From the IMG/VR virus record IMGVR_UViG_3300037247_001905, positions 1 through 61,975 of that record: 61,975 nucleotides of DNA; one strand, written 5' to 3'. The notes under the pieces were generated by a model. The model did not search any database. It worked only from the letters and a program-made list of their open reading frames with translations, and was not told where the DNA came from. Below, piece after piece: positions 17,775 through 26,774 of this stretch (its first letter is position 1; the number at the start of each line of letters is the position of its first letter). Source of the stretch: a virus (Duplodnaviria > Caudoviricetes). The translations under genes and the position numbers were made by a program.

Positions 17775-19127
17775 ATGGCCGACAACACAGAACTCAATGT
17801 CGGCTCCGGCGGGGATGTGATCGCCACCGACGACATCGGGGGCGTCAAGCACCAGCGCGTCAAGGTCCAGCACGGGGTGGACGGCGCGGCGGACGACGTC
17901 TCGGCCAATAATCCGCTCCCGGTCGTCATGCCAGAGACCATGCGCGACGCCTTTGGAAGGCTCCGCACCTCCGAGCCCCACACGATCTTCGATTCCAAAC
18001 AGATATTCGACTCCCAACCGCTGTTCTGGGACGAATCGCTAGAGAGCGGCGCGGGGATCACGTCGGCACATTCAACCGCGCGGGCCTCAACAACCATCAC
18101 CTCGACGATCAGCACAGCCGGCGTCTACACCAGACAGACGTACGAGCGATTCAACTATCAGCCGGGCAAAAGCCAGATGATCCTGATGACCGGCATCATG
18201 GACCGCTTGGGAGGGGGTACTGGCGTCCAGCGACGTATCGGCCAGTTCGACGACGACAACGGGATCTTCTTTGAGGACGACGAAGGCACCTTCAAGGTCG
18301 TAGTTCGGTCCAGCACGAGCGGATCGCCCGTTGACACCAAGGTTGCTCAATCGAGCTTCAACCTCGATACACTTGACGGAACTGGTGCTTCGGGCGTCAC
18401 GATCGACCTGAGCAAAGCGCAGATATTTATCATTGATTACGAGTGGCTAGGCGTTGGTCGAGTCCGCTTGGGCTTAGCTGTTGGCGGCGAAATCATTTAC
18501 TGCCACGAGGTGCTCAACGCCAATGTGCTCGACGTGGTGTATATGTCGACGCCGAACAACCCTCTTCGGTATCAGATCGTCACTACCGGCAGTTCGCTGG
18601 CTTCTGAGCTTGAATGTAACTGTTCAACGGTAATCACTGAGGGCGGCGCGACGCATCTTGGCCAGCTTCGGTTCAAGTCGACCGCCGGGACACACGTCGA
18701 TGTTGCGGTCGAGAACACGATCTACGCAATCATCGGCATGCGGCTCAAGTCCACACACTTGGGCGAGACGATCGACATCCTCAAAAAGAGCATTGCCGAG
18801 CACGCCGGCAACAAGAACTATGAATGGCTGCTGATCTTCAACCCGACAGTAGCCGGGACGTTTACCTACTCGAACGAGACCAACTCGGCTGTGCAGACGG
18901 CGACCGGAGCGACGGCCAACACCGTGACGGGCGGGACGATCATTGACGGCGGTTTCGCGGCGTCCGCCAATAAGGGAGGGTCCGAGAGCAGCAACCTGGA
19001 AAACGCGATCCGGCTCGGGGCCGCGATCGACGGGACCGTGGACGAGATAGTGCTGTGCGTGCGTCCCGTAGGCGGGTCAAGCAATATCGACATTGAGGCT
19101 TCAATCGCGTGGCGGGAACGGCAATAG
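17775..19127 (+). CDS. Putative virion fibre/decoration protein (beta-rich)
   Basis: MADN..N.G.GGD.IATDDIGGVKHQRVK N-terminus and DAFGRLRTSEP motif recalled from phage structural proteins; Thr/Gly/Ser-rich. Confidence 0.6.
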   Translation: MADNTELNVGSGGDVIATDDIGGVKHQRVKVQHGVDGAADDVSANNPLPVVMPETMRDAFGRLRTSEPHTIFDSKQIFDSQPLFWDESLESGAGITSAHSTARASTTITSTISTAGVYTRQTYERFNYQPGKSQMILMTGIMDRLGGGTGVQRRIGQFDDDNGIFFEDDEGTFKVVVRSSTSGSPVDTKVAQSSFNLDTLDGTGASGVTIDLSKAQIFIIDYEWLGVGRVRLGLAVGGEIIYCHEVLNANVLDVVYMSTPNNPLRYQIVTTGSSLASELECNCSTVITEGGATHLGQLRFKSTAGTHVDVAVENTIYAIIGMRLKSTHLGETIDILKKSIAEHAGNKNYEWLLIFNPTVAGTFTYSNETNSAVQTATGATANTVTGGTIIDGGFAASANKGGSESSNLENAIRLGAAIDGTVDEIVLCVRPVGGSSNIDIEASIAWRERQ

Positions 19128-19130
19128 CCA

Positions 19131-21869
19131 ATGCTGCTGCCGCTGGTCAGGAATCTTGATGCTCCGCCGGAGGTGCCAATGTCTGCCCTCTCTCGACTCT
19201 GGGAAACCGTACCCTCCGGCCAAGAGATCGGCTCCGGCCGTTGGCGTGTCCCAAACACACTCGAAAAGTGCGAGTTCGCCAGCACGTCCCTGTCCGAAAT
19301 CCCCGACCTGCTCGACCGCGACTTCATTGTGTTCTCGCCGGTCGCGCACAACGCAACAGGCAATAATCTCTGGCTCTGGGGGCTCAACGGCAACAGCGGC
19401 ACAGCCGACAACAACATCTCGGTTCGTTACCGAACTCTGGCGGCCACCTTGCATCTTCGCTGGGCCGTCACGGGCACCGACCGAGGCGCAATCGACGCCT
19501 ATGCAGGCACCATCCGTACCGGACCGGTTACGCTCATCTTCTCCGGTCTCCGTGACGATGGCACCGGCGACAAGTATCCGTTTATCGGTCACATCGCCGA
19601 GGACAATACCGTTTCCATCGCGTTCGGCGTGACCCCGATCACCGGGAGCTACGTCTGGGACTCGATGCGCGGACGCGCCGGACGAAAGTTTATGATTGGC
19701 GGCTTCGACCACGGCGTAGCTGGTGTGAGGGCCACGCAAGGGCTCTGGAGCCACAACACGTTCTGCCGGTGCCGGTCCGGTGAGTCGATCGACGATGTGC
19801 TTGGCGACATCACGGCTTCTGCCGGGCAGGACACGATCAAGAAGCTGCTGCTCAACGCCGACCTAATCCGCGACTACGCCGACGTCGCCGGGGTCGCCAA
19901 CAAGTTCGATGCTCTCTGGAGCTTCGGGAATCTGAAAGACTCAAGCAACAACCTAAAGGCGTTCAACGCCGCTATTGCAGCGGGCGACAAGCTCGTCTGC
20001 CCGTGGACCGACGCAGAACTGGTCATAACCGAAGTTGGCTCCGACGTGTTCGTCGGCGAGCAGAACGGGCCGGTCGGCGCTGGTGTGCAGGCGGTCGGAC
20101 CGTACACCAACAGCGAGTTCGAGCAGAGCAGCGTCTTTGTGCAGCACTCGTCATTCCCGCCGTACTTCCCGGTGCCCGACGACCCATCCCGTCTCTTGTC
20201 ATCGAACATCAACCTGGAGGGCTCCAACAAGTCCGCAGCCGGTTCGCTTGCGGTCCGGAACGCGGCGACCGGAGCGCTCGATCGACATCCGATCCCGCTC
20301 CATGTTCAGGTCCGAGCGATCGACCAAGCGGGCGCCCCATCAGATACGTTCACGACCTACACGCGCAAGAATGTCACGGACGAGAACCATCGCGGCTGCG
20401 AGATCGTCCTGCTCGACACGTCCATCGTTGTCGCAAACCACGTCCACAGCGACATCATCGTTGATTATCCCGCAGCAGGAAACCGCAAGTTCGACGAGCT
20501 TGCAGTCTGGAGGATCACCGAGGACGGCCCCGTCGCCCTTACCCCCGACTTCTCCGACTTCACCGACCCGTGGGGCACGCCGGGCCTCGAATACGACACA
20601 AACGTCACGGCGTATGTGCGTTACACGGTCGGCTACGTCCAGGCGGCGAGGATCAACGACCTCGCGGTTATGCTAATGAGGAACGGGGGCTCCGCCAACG
20701 GCGACGCCTCGATCCTGTTCGTCGATGACGACGGAAACCAAGAACACCTCTGGATCGCACAGGACGAGGGACAGGTTCTCGACGTGCCGAAGATGGGGAT
20801 GGGCCAACCTTCCCGCGTGATAAATCTTCCGGGCAACAAGGCTCTGCTTCTCTGGAATGCGCGCGCCTATATCTACGAAACCGAGCCGATACGACATGGC
20901 AAGCGATATCCCAACCCGATCGGCATGATTCTCACCGATCTCTCCTCGCTCGCTAGCGCCGCGTCGAACGCCAACGCCTACTCCGCACGCACCGGACTCG
21001 CCCTTACCGGCGCTGGCGGCAACCCCGAAGCCGGATCATCGTGCGACATCACGTTCGCCGACATCGCCAACTTTGGGCTCTACGACGAGAACGACGACAG
21101 CGGCTCCATCAAGGCCGTGCCCGATTCGGTGTTCATGCGCGATGCGGTCGCCATCGACGGGGGATACGTCGCCATCATCTACCAGATCGAAGGTGGCGAT
21201 GGGTACGAAGACAGCGGCGACGCGGTTGTCAGCGACCACTTCATCCGCGTCTTCAAGCTCGTCGGCAACGCGCTCGTCAAGCAGCACGACATCAGCATCA
21301 ACACCGAGATCCAGTCCATCATCGGCTCCGGCGCACAGTACACCGACAAGCGGGACTACTGCTTCGCCACACGCGCCGGCAAACGGGCTGCACTCGTTAC
21401 GTTCTCCTACTACGCCGGGGCAGACCCCGTCGAAGATTTCCCCGACATCGGGCCGGGCAACCAACCCAAGGGTGTTATGAGTCTCGGTCTCTGGGGAGAG
21501 AAGGTCCGCGCCGTCTCGATCAGCGACCTTCTCGACGAGAATGCAACCGTTACAGCGCTCGACGATCCTGTGTACGACGTGGCCGTGGACGGCGGCGTGA
21601 CGTGCCGGCCGTTCCCGATGGTCAACGAGCACCCGTGGGGCGCGTCGGCGTGTGTTCAGGTTCTCCGCGACATCCAGATCAACCAATGGAGCAGCGGCGA
21701 CCCCGTCGTCGGCGGTGCAGACCGTGCTCAGAGCAACATTCTTATTGTCGACGCTACGGCGCAGCTCCCCGACGAACCTACGGGATGGCTTCCAACTACG
21801 GCAATAGGAACAGGTTACGGGCGGGGCCCCAGATTTCGTGGGCCAAATCCGTATTATCCGCGTGGCTAG
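19131..21869 (+). CDS. Large beta-rich protein, putative tailspike/receptor-binding protein
   Basis: 912 aa, Asp/Gly-rich, follows the fibre-like gene; function inferred from context only. Confidence 0.5.
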   Translation: MLLPLVRNLDAPPEVPMSALSRLWETVPSGQEIGSGRWRVPNTLEKCEFASTSLSEIPDLLDRDFIVFSPVAHNATGNNLWLWGLNGNSGTADNNISVRYRTLAATLHLRWAVTGTDRGAIDAYAGTIRTGPVTLIFSGLRDDGTGDKYPFIGHIAEDNTVSIAFGVTPITGSYVWDSMRGRAGRKFMIGGFDHGVAGVRATQGLWSHNTFCRCRSGESIDDVLGDITASAGQDTIKKLLLNADLIRDYADVAGVANKFDALWSFGNLKDSSNNLKAFNAAIAAGDKLVCPWTDAELVITEVGSDVFVGEQNGPVGAGVQAVGPYTNSEFEQSSVFVQHSSFPPYFPVPDDPSRLLSSNINLEGSNKSAAGSLAVRNAATGALDRHPIPLHVQVRAIDQAGAPSDTFTTYTRKNVTDENHRGCEIVLLDTSIVVANHVHSDIIVDYPAAGNRKFDELAVWRITEDGPVALTPDFSDFTDPWGTPGLEYDTNVTAYVRYTVGYVQAARINDLAVMLMRNGGSANGDASILFVDDDGNQEHLWIAQDEGQVLDVPKMGMGQPSRVINLPGNKALLLWNARAYIYETEPIRHGKRYPNPIGMILTDLSSLASAASNANAYSARTGLALTGAGGNPEAGSSCDITFADIANFGLYDENDDSGSIKAVPDSVFMRDAVAIDGGYVAIIYQIEGGDGYEDSGDAVVSDHFIRVFKLVGNALVKQHDISINTEIQSIIGSGAQYTDKRDYCFATRAGKRAALVTFSYYAGADPVEDFPDIGPGNQPKGVMSLGLWGEKVRAVSISDLLDENATVTALDDPVYDVAVDGGVTCRPFPMVNEHPWGASACVQVLRDIQINQWSSGDPVVGGADRAQSNILIVDATAQLPDEPTGWLPTTAIGTGYGRGPRFRGPNPYYPRG

Positions 21870-21908
21870 CCTTGCATCCACAACCCCCCCAAGATAGGAT
21901 GACACCCC

Positions 21909-22535
21909 ATGACACCAGCACCACCCCCCCAGCACAGCAAGAACCTCCTCCAATCAAGAACCATCTGGGCGCTCATCGTTGCAGCGGTTGCATTCGGACT
22001 CGAGCAGTTGGTCCCAAACATCCCGCTCGAGGAACGCCAGGGCGCTATCGACGCCGTGCAAACCCACGGCCCCACTGTTGTCGCCTTCCTTTCACTCGTT
22101 GCCGCAGCCATCTTTCGCCGCAAGGCCGACGGCCCGCTCACCATCGTCCCAAACACAACCGTACGGATGCTCCTGTACGGCACCCTGAGTCTCGGCTTGG
22201 GCGGCACGGCGGTTGGTACGGCTCTCAGCATTCCGGGCTGCACATCGCAGCAGGCCGGCCCTGAAGCCGCTCAGCGGGACATCCAAGAGAACGTCATCTT
22301 TGCACAACGGGCACTGTTGGCGGCCTACAGCGCCGGTTGGATCACCCGCGACACCTGGAAGACTACCGTCAACCCGGTCATCCAAGAAGCTGCTGCGTTC
22401 GTCAACGACTACGACGCGGCCCGACTCGTAGGCGACATTGACGAGATGGCGCTCATCCGCGCCAGCCTCGAACGCAGTCTGATCAAGCTCAGGGATCTTG
22501 AGCAGACACATCACCCCGCACCGGAGACACCGTAA
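21909..22535 (+). CDS. Holin-like membrane protein with internal lipobox-like segment
   Basis: LQSRTIWALIVAAVAFGL; second hydrophobic segment; LSIPGC followed by a helical domain. Confidence 0.55.
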   Translation: MTPAPPPQHSKNLLQSRTIWALIVAAVAFGLEQLVPNIPLEERQGAIDAVQTHGPTVVAFLSLVAAAIFRRKADGPLTIVPNTTVRMLLYGTLSLGLGGTAVGTALSIPGCTSQQAGPEAAQRDIQENVIFAQRALLAAYSAGWITRDTWKTTVNPVIQEAAAFVNDYDAARLVGDIDEMALIRASLERSLIKLRDLEQTHHPAPETP

Positions 22536-22735
22536 TGACTCTCAGCGCCGCAATCGCCCTGCTCGAACTGGGGCTGGCCACTTTCGACCGCGTTGCCGCA
22601 ACGTCCAACATACCGCCCACCGAAGCGGAACTTCAGATGCGACGTGGCGTCGTCAACGAACTCGCTCGGCTCAGTCAGATGATCGCCGACGGCGGCGATA
22701 GTCCGTCCGCGACACCTCCGGCGGACGGCACCTAA
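22535..22735 (+). CDS. Small hypothetical protein
   Basis: TAATG coupling; GGAG RBS. Confidence 0.65.
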   Translation: MTLSAAIALLELGLATFDRVAATSNIPPTEAELQMRRGVVNELARLSQMIADGGDSPSATPPADGT

Positions 22736-22944
22736 ACAGGTCAGGACGACAAACGCGGAGAGGGTGCCACTCTCCCTCGAAGCGCTTGCCGCCCAAGCCG
22801 GGTGCGGTCTGCTTCCCGTGGGCCGCATCCTTTTCCACCCGGCGACGCGCCACGGGTTAGCGGGATTAGATACCCTGCAACGCGTTACCCTGAGCCGCCT
22901 GAAGGGGCAGTCTTCAGGGTTTGGAACAATGAAGGAGCCCTCCC
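22736..22944 (+). ncRNA. Candidate structured RNA or leader with four hairpins
   Basis: Stems 22757-62/22770-75, 22800-10/22820-30, 22856-64/22874-81, 22898-905/22911-18, several with G-U pairs on +. Confidence 0.35.
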
Positions 22945-24381
22945 GTGCCACCGACTATTGCGCGGCCCGTCGTTCCGTCGGGCACCACCGACCCCTGCGC
23001 GAAAAGCTGGCTTGAACACGTCGGCCTGCTTGCAAAGACACCGCCCATTCGATCCTCGATGTTCGGCGACGCCGAAAAAGCCCCGTTTCGTCTCTACCTC
23101 GAGAGTCGGCTGGGCATCTGCTCGCCCTTTCGCAAATCCGAAGCGCTCAATGTGGGCACCTACTTCCACGTTGCCGGCGAGCAAATCGGGAACGAGCCCG
23201 CAGTTGCCGTGCATGCGGTTGAGCAGGCCATTGCGCTGCGCAAGAAGGAAATCGGCAAGGTCTGTCGTCAACTCAAAATGACGGAGACCACCCGTGTTCG
23301 CATGTGTGAAGACGAAGAGGACGACGCCCGCTTTGCGCTCGCTCTCTTTCTCGCCGCCGAGAAGTTCCGCCTTCCCAACAATGCCTATCTCAAGAACGGG
23401 TTTACCGGATACTTCCGGCAGAGTCGCTGGCAGCATCTCGCCGTTGAACTTCGCGTACGGTACGTCGATCCCGACTATCCCAACGCCGTGCTGTGCTGCA
23501 CCATCGACAAGCTTCTATTTGACAAGAAGAAGAATCTTCTCTGGATCGTTGACTACAAAACCACCTCGTTTTCTCCCATCATGCGTGCTCAGACAGTGCG
23601 CGCCGAGCCGCAGCCAATCCACTACCTGCACATTCTTGAGGGCACCCTGCGGCTCATCATTGAACGCTACGAGCTACCGTCTGCAACAAAGCTCGGCGGC
23701 GTCCTGCACATGATCGTGCGCAAGCCGAGTTCCAGTATGCGGCGCCCCGGCACCGCCGATCGCGACTTCTGCTACATCTCCCAGTCCAAGCGGGCCAAAC
23801 TAGCGGGTTCAGTCGCGTTTACCCGCTCTAAGATAATCGTTATCGTGCGTACCTGGAACGAGGCCGAGCCCGACGACAACAAACTGATCCACCGCCAAGA
23901 GTTTGCCGCCCAAGCCGAAGATGCTCTGGCGAAAGCTATTGCCTTCCTCGAAGAGAAGGTGACAACCAAGGCCAAGAAGGAATACATCGGCGAGCCCTCG
24001 TGGGAGCGGTTCAACGAGCGGGTTGTCGATTGGGAACTCGGACGTGGCAACTTCGCCGACGAGGACCGTGGCAGCGATCCGCCCGTCAACTTCTCACGCA
24101 CCCCGATGGCAGAGTTCCGCAGCCCCCGCCGGCAGCACGCGTACCACAAGCGACTGCGTCGCGTCTACGACCTTCTGACCTGTGATGCAGACCCCGTCAA
24201 CTTTCCGGAAACCGCTGAGGGAATGCTCGCCTTTACCGGCCGGTCGCTCAGCCCGTTCGCCGATTTTCACGTCACCGAGCCGCACCAATGGCTCGACGTG
24301 ATGCGGCGCAACCACCTACTGCCCGGCCTCCATCGCGACGCCGACATCATTGACGACGCCTGCATAACAGCCCTTGACTAA
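22945..24381 (+). CDS. PD-(D/E)XK nuclease (RecB/Cas4-like exonuclease)
   Basis: ALNVGTYFH, AVE, TIDKL, IVDYKTT, Q..HY; AAGGAG RBS before GTG. Confidence 0.85.
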   Translation: MPPTIARPVVPSGTTDPCAKSWLEHVGLLAKTPPIRSSMFGDAEKAPFRLYLESRLGICSPFRKSEALNVGTYFHVAGEQIGNEPAVAVHAVEQAIALRKKEIGKVCRQLKMTETTRVRMCEDEEDDARFALALFLAAEKFRLPNNAYLKNGFTGYFRQSRWQHLAVELRVRYVDPDYPNAVLCCTIDKLLFDKKKNLLWIVDYKTTSFSPIMRAQTVRAEPQPIHYLHILEGTLRLIIERYELPSATKLGGVLHMIVRKPSSSMRRPGTADRDFCYISQSKRAKLAGSVAFTRSKIIVIVRTWNEAEPDDNKLIHRQEFAAQAEDALAKAIAFLEEKVTTKAKKEYIGEPSWERFNERVVDWELGRGNFADEDRGSDPPVNFSRTPMAEFRSPRRQHAYHKRLRRVYDLLTCDADPVNFPETAEGMLAFTGRSLSPFADFHVTEPHQWLDVMRRNHLLPGLHRDADIIDDACITALD

Positions 24382-24446
24382 ACCGAACACCAGTTTGCGG
24401 GAAGGGTTCCCCGAACGCCTCTAACCCCCTGAAAGGAACAGCACCA

Positions 24447-24812
24447 ATGGCAAAGAAGCAGTCCATCAAGAAACGCGCCGGCGATGAGCCGAAGAAGTCT
24501 TCGCTCCGGCAACTCATGGACGACATCACCATCAAGTTCGGTAAGGACGACACGGTCGTCATCGAAGGCATCGGCAACGCCGTCCTCCGCCCGATCATCA
24601 ATACCCTCGTTCAGCGGCTTGGCTACAACGTGACGATGGCCGATCTTCACGCCAAGTTTGTGAAGACGACCAGCATTCCGATCTCTCGTTCGCTCTTCAA
24701 CGAGTGGATGAAGGAACTCGGCATCGGCACCGTACAGACCGTAAGCGGGCTCGGTGAAGAGGAAACCGCTCCGAAGGAAGGCAACGCCGATGGCGAAGAA
24801 AACGACGACTAA
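24447..24812 (+). CDS. Hypothetical protein with acidic tail
   Basis: GAAAGGA RBS. Confidence 0.75.
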   Translation: MAKKQSIKKRAGDEPKKSSLRQLMDDITIKFGKDDTVVIEGIGNAVLRPIINTLVQRLGYNVTMADLHAKFVKTTSIPISRSLFNEWMKELGIGTVQTVSGLGEEETAPKEGNADGEENDD

Positions 24813-25809
24813 GCCCAAACAGACCCTCGCCGCCGGCAAAACCGTCGACGCCTTCTACGGCGACCCCATCCTCAGCGGCTTCCATAACGTCGCCATTACC
24901 ATTGCGCCGGAATCGGCGCTGATGCAGTTTGCCTCGAAGCCCGGTCGCGGCAAAACCACTCTCGTACAGTCCATCCCGGGCGCTTACGTCATCAACACTG
25001 ACACCTCATCTTCACCACAGAAACCCCGTGCGCTGGTGTGGCCCGTACGCAGCCCGCAGGGTCGCGTGATTGAGGCCGACCCCGCACACCCGTCGGATCT
25101 CTCCAAAGCCCGTCCCATCAAACTAACGTGGAAGGGCATCCGCGCAAAGAAGGATCATCTCCTGAAACTGTCCGAGCAGGATGCGCCTCGTCCAAGTGTT
25201 GTCGTGCTCGACACCGTTGACAGTGCGGTCGCCCTCATCAAGCAGTTCATGGTCGATGAGTGGAACGACCGGTATGGCGACACCAACCCCAAGGATGAGT
25301 TCAATGATCTTGACGGACGACAGGCGTGGCCTAACCTCTACGAAGAGGTCGTCACCTTCGGTCTTGAACTCAACCGTGCAGGGTACGGCTTCATCTGGCT
25401 TTATCACTTAGCCGACAAGGTCATTACGCTCGGCAAGCAACCCAATACCTACCGTGAACTTCTCAAGAACACGCCGCGCATCCAGGCAAATCTCTGGAAC
25501 GAAACAGTGGCGTGGGCCGAGGTCTGCGGCACCATAAAGTCTCGCATCGTTGACAAACCCTACCAAGTCAAGGTTACAAAGAACGGCAAACCCGTCATGC
25601 TCAAGAACGGTAAGCCCAAGACCCTGACCAAATACAGAAAAGCTAAAGAGGTCTACGTCTGTGTCGAGAGCACCGGCGAAGACGAGGGCGACAAGGACAA
25701 CAAGACGCGCTATTTCGGCCTGCCCGACGAGATCATTCTGGACAAGAAAGACCCGTGGGGCGCGTTCTCCCGGGCCGTCACCGAAGCGGTCGCCAAAGAA
25801 ACCGCGTAA
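24790..25809 (+). CDS. Sak4-like AAA ATPase / recombinase
   Basis: Walker A KPGRGKTT, Walker B VVVLDTVD, YHL; sits between exonuclease and SSB-like gene. Confidence 0.75.
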   Translation: MAKKTTTKPKQTLAAGKTVDAFYGDPILSGFHNVAITIAPESALMQFASKPGRGKTTLVQSIPGAYVINTDTSSSPQKPRALVWPVRSPQGRVIEADPAHPSDLSKARPIKLTWKGIRAKKDHLLKLSEQDAPRPSVVVLDTVDSAVALIKQFMVDEWNDRYGDTNPKDEFNDLDGRQAWPNLYEEVVTFGLELNRAGYGFIWLYHLADKVITLGKQPNTYRELLKNTPRIQANLWNETVAWAEVCGTIKSRIVDKPYQVKVTKNGKPVMLKNGKPKTLTKYRKAKEVYVCVESTGEDEGDKDNKTRYFGLPDEIILDKKDPWGAFSRAVTEAVAKETA

Positions 25810-25833
25810 CCACACAGCAAGGAGCATCAACCC

Positions 25834-26523
25834 ATGAGTGACACGATCAAGTTCAGCAAGGCGCTGGCCAAGCGCATGCAGACCCGCAGCCCCAACAAGG
25901 GCTTCGGTTTCCGAGGGAAATGGCCGATGGAGCCGCTTCCCTTCGAGACATGCGCGCACGTCATCACCTGTCAACTCCTCGGCGTCACCGTCAAGGACGA
26001 CGCCAAGTTCAGGTATTCGCAGGGCAAAGGCGCAACCCGCGCCATGATCGAAGCCGACGCCATCAGCTTCCGTGCGCACTACCGATGGGAAGACGAAGAC
26101 GGCGAGACGCTCAAGTTCGATGGCGAAACCATCATCGTTCCCAAGGACGTCGACAAGCTTCCCGAAGAGGAAGGCTGCAAGCAACAAACACGCGCCGACA
26201 TTCAGATCGACCGGCTGCTCGGGCAGATTGAGGGCGTCGTCGGTGAAGTGCCAACCGATCCAAACGAGGGCATCCGTCGTATCGACGCCATGTTCCGCGA
26301 GGCGGACAAGAACGAATCTCCCGTTGAGGTCGAGGTCAAGCTCAACTTCGAGCTAAACGAATACACCAACCGCGCGGGCAAAGACGTCCGCCGCGAGGAA
26401 GCCTGCGACTTCATCCAATCAATCGTCAGCGGCCCCGGCTACGGCGAGGAAGAAGAGGAAGAAACAGAAGACACCAAGGGCGCAGAAGAAGAGGAGGGGG
26501 AGGAAACAGTAGAGGAAGAGTAG
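25834..26523 (+). CDS. Putative single-stranded DNA-binding protein
   Basis: Follows the Sak4-like gene; beta-rich core and strongly acidic C-terminal tail. Confidence 0.6.
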   Translation: MSDTIKFSKALAKRMQTRSPNKGFGFRGKWPMEPLPFETCAHVITCQLLGVTVKDDAKFRYSQGKGATRAMIEADAISFRAHYRWEDEDGETLKFDGETIIVPKDVDKLPEEEGCKQQTRADIQIDRLLGQIEGVVGEVPTDPNEGIRRIDAMFREADKNESPVEVEVKLNFELNEYTNRAGKDVRREEACDFIQSIVSGPGYGEEEEEETEDTKGAEEEEGEETVEEE

Positions 26524-26537
26524 CATCCGCCGCCCCG

Positions 26538-26571
26538 ACCCCCGGCGCACCCAACGGTCACTGGGGGTTTT
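26538..26571 (+). terminator. Possible intrinsic terminator
   Basis: ACCCCCGG / CTGGGGGT stem then a short T run after the SSB-like gene; loop is long. Confidence 0.35.
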
Positions 26572-26573
26572 CA

Positions 26574-26765
26574 ATGCACAAGAACACCTGTCCGTATTGG
26601 CGTGCAAAGAAACGGTATTGCACACAGAAAAGGGCAATGCGCGAGGCCCGCTTCATTCGTGACTTCAGCCAACTGCCCGGCTCAAAGACGTGCAGCAGCT
26701 TCAAGTGCGATCACTGCGGCGGCTGGCACATCGGCCGTAGCGAAAGGTCGGGACAACCAGATTAG
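26574..26765 (+). CDS. Small Zn-finger-like protein
   Basis: C....KKRY...FKCDHCGGWHI. Confidence 0.65.
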   Translation: MHKNTCPYWRAKKRYCTQKRAMREARFIRDFSQLPGSKTCSSFKCDHCGGWHIGRSERSGQPD

Positions 26766-26774
26766 GAGCGTAGC

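Noticed and set aside
21041-22264. 407-aa Arg-rich ORF and similar long alternative-frame ORFs (e.g. 27037..28098, 40386..41456, 50340..51440)
   Set aside because: High-GC off-frame or antisense shadows of better-supported genes
22861-22877. 16S rRNA gene fragment or chimera
   Set aside because: Only about 17 nt match and the flanks do not resemble rRNA; kept only as a possible mimic
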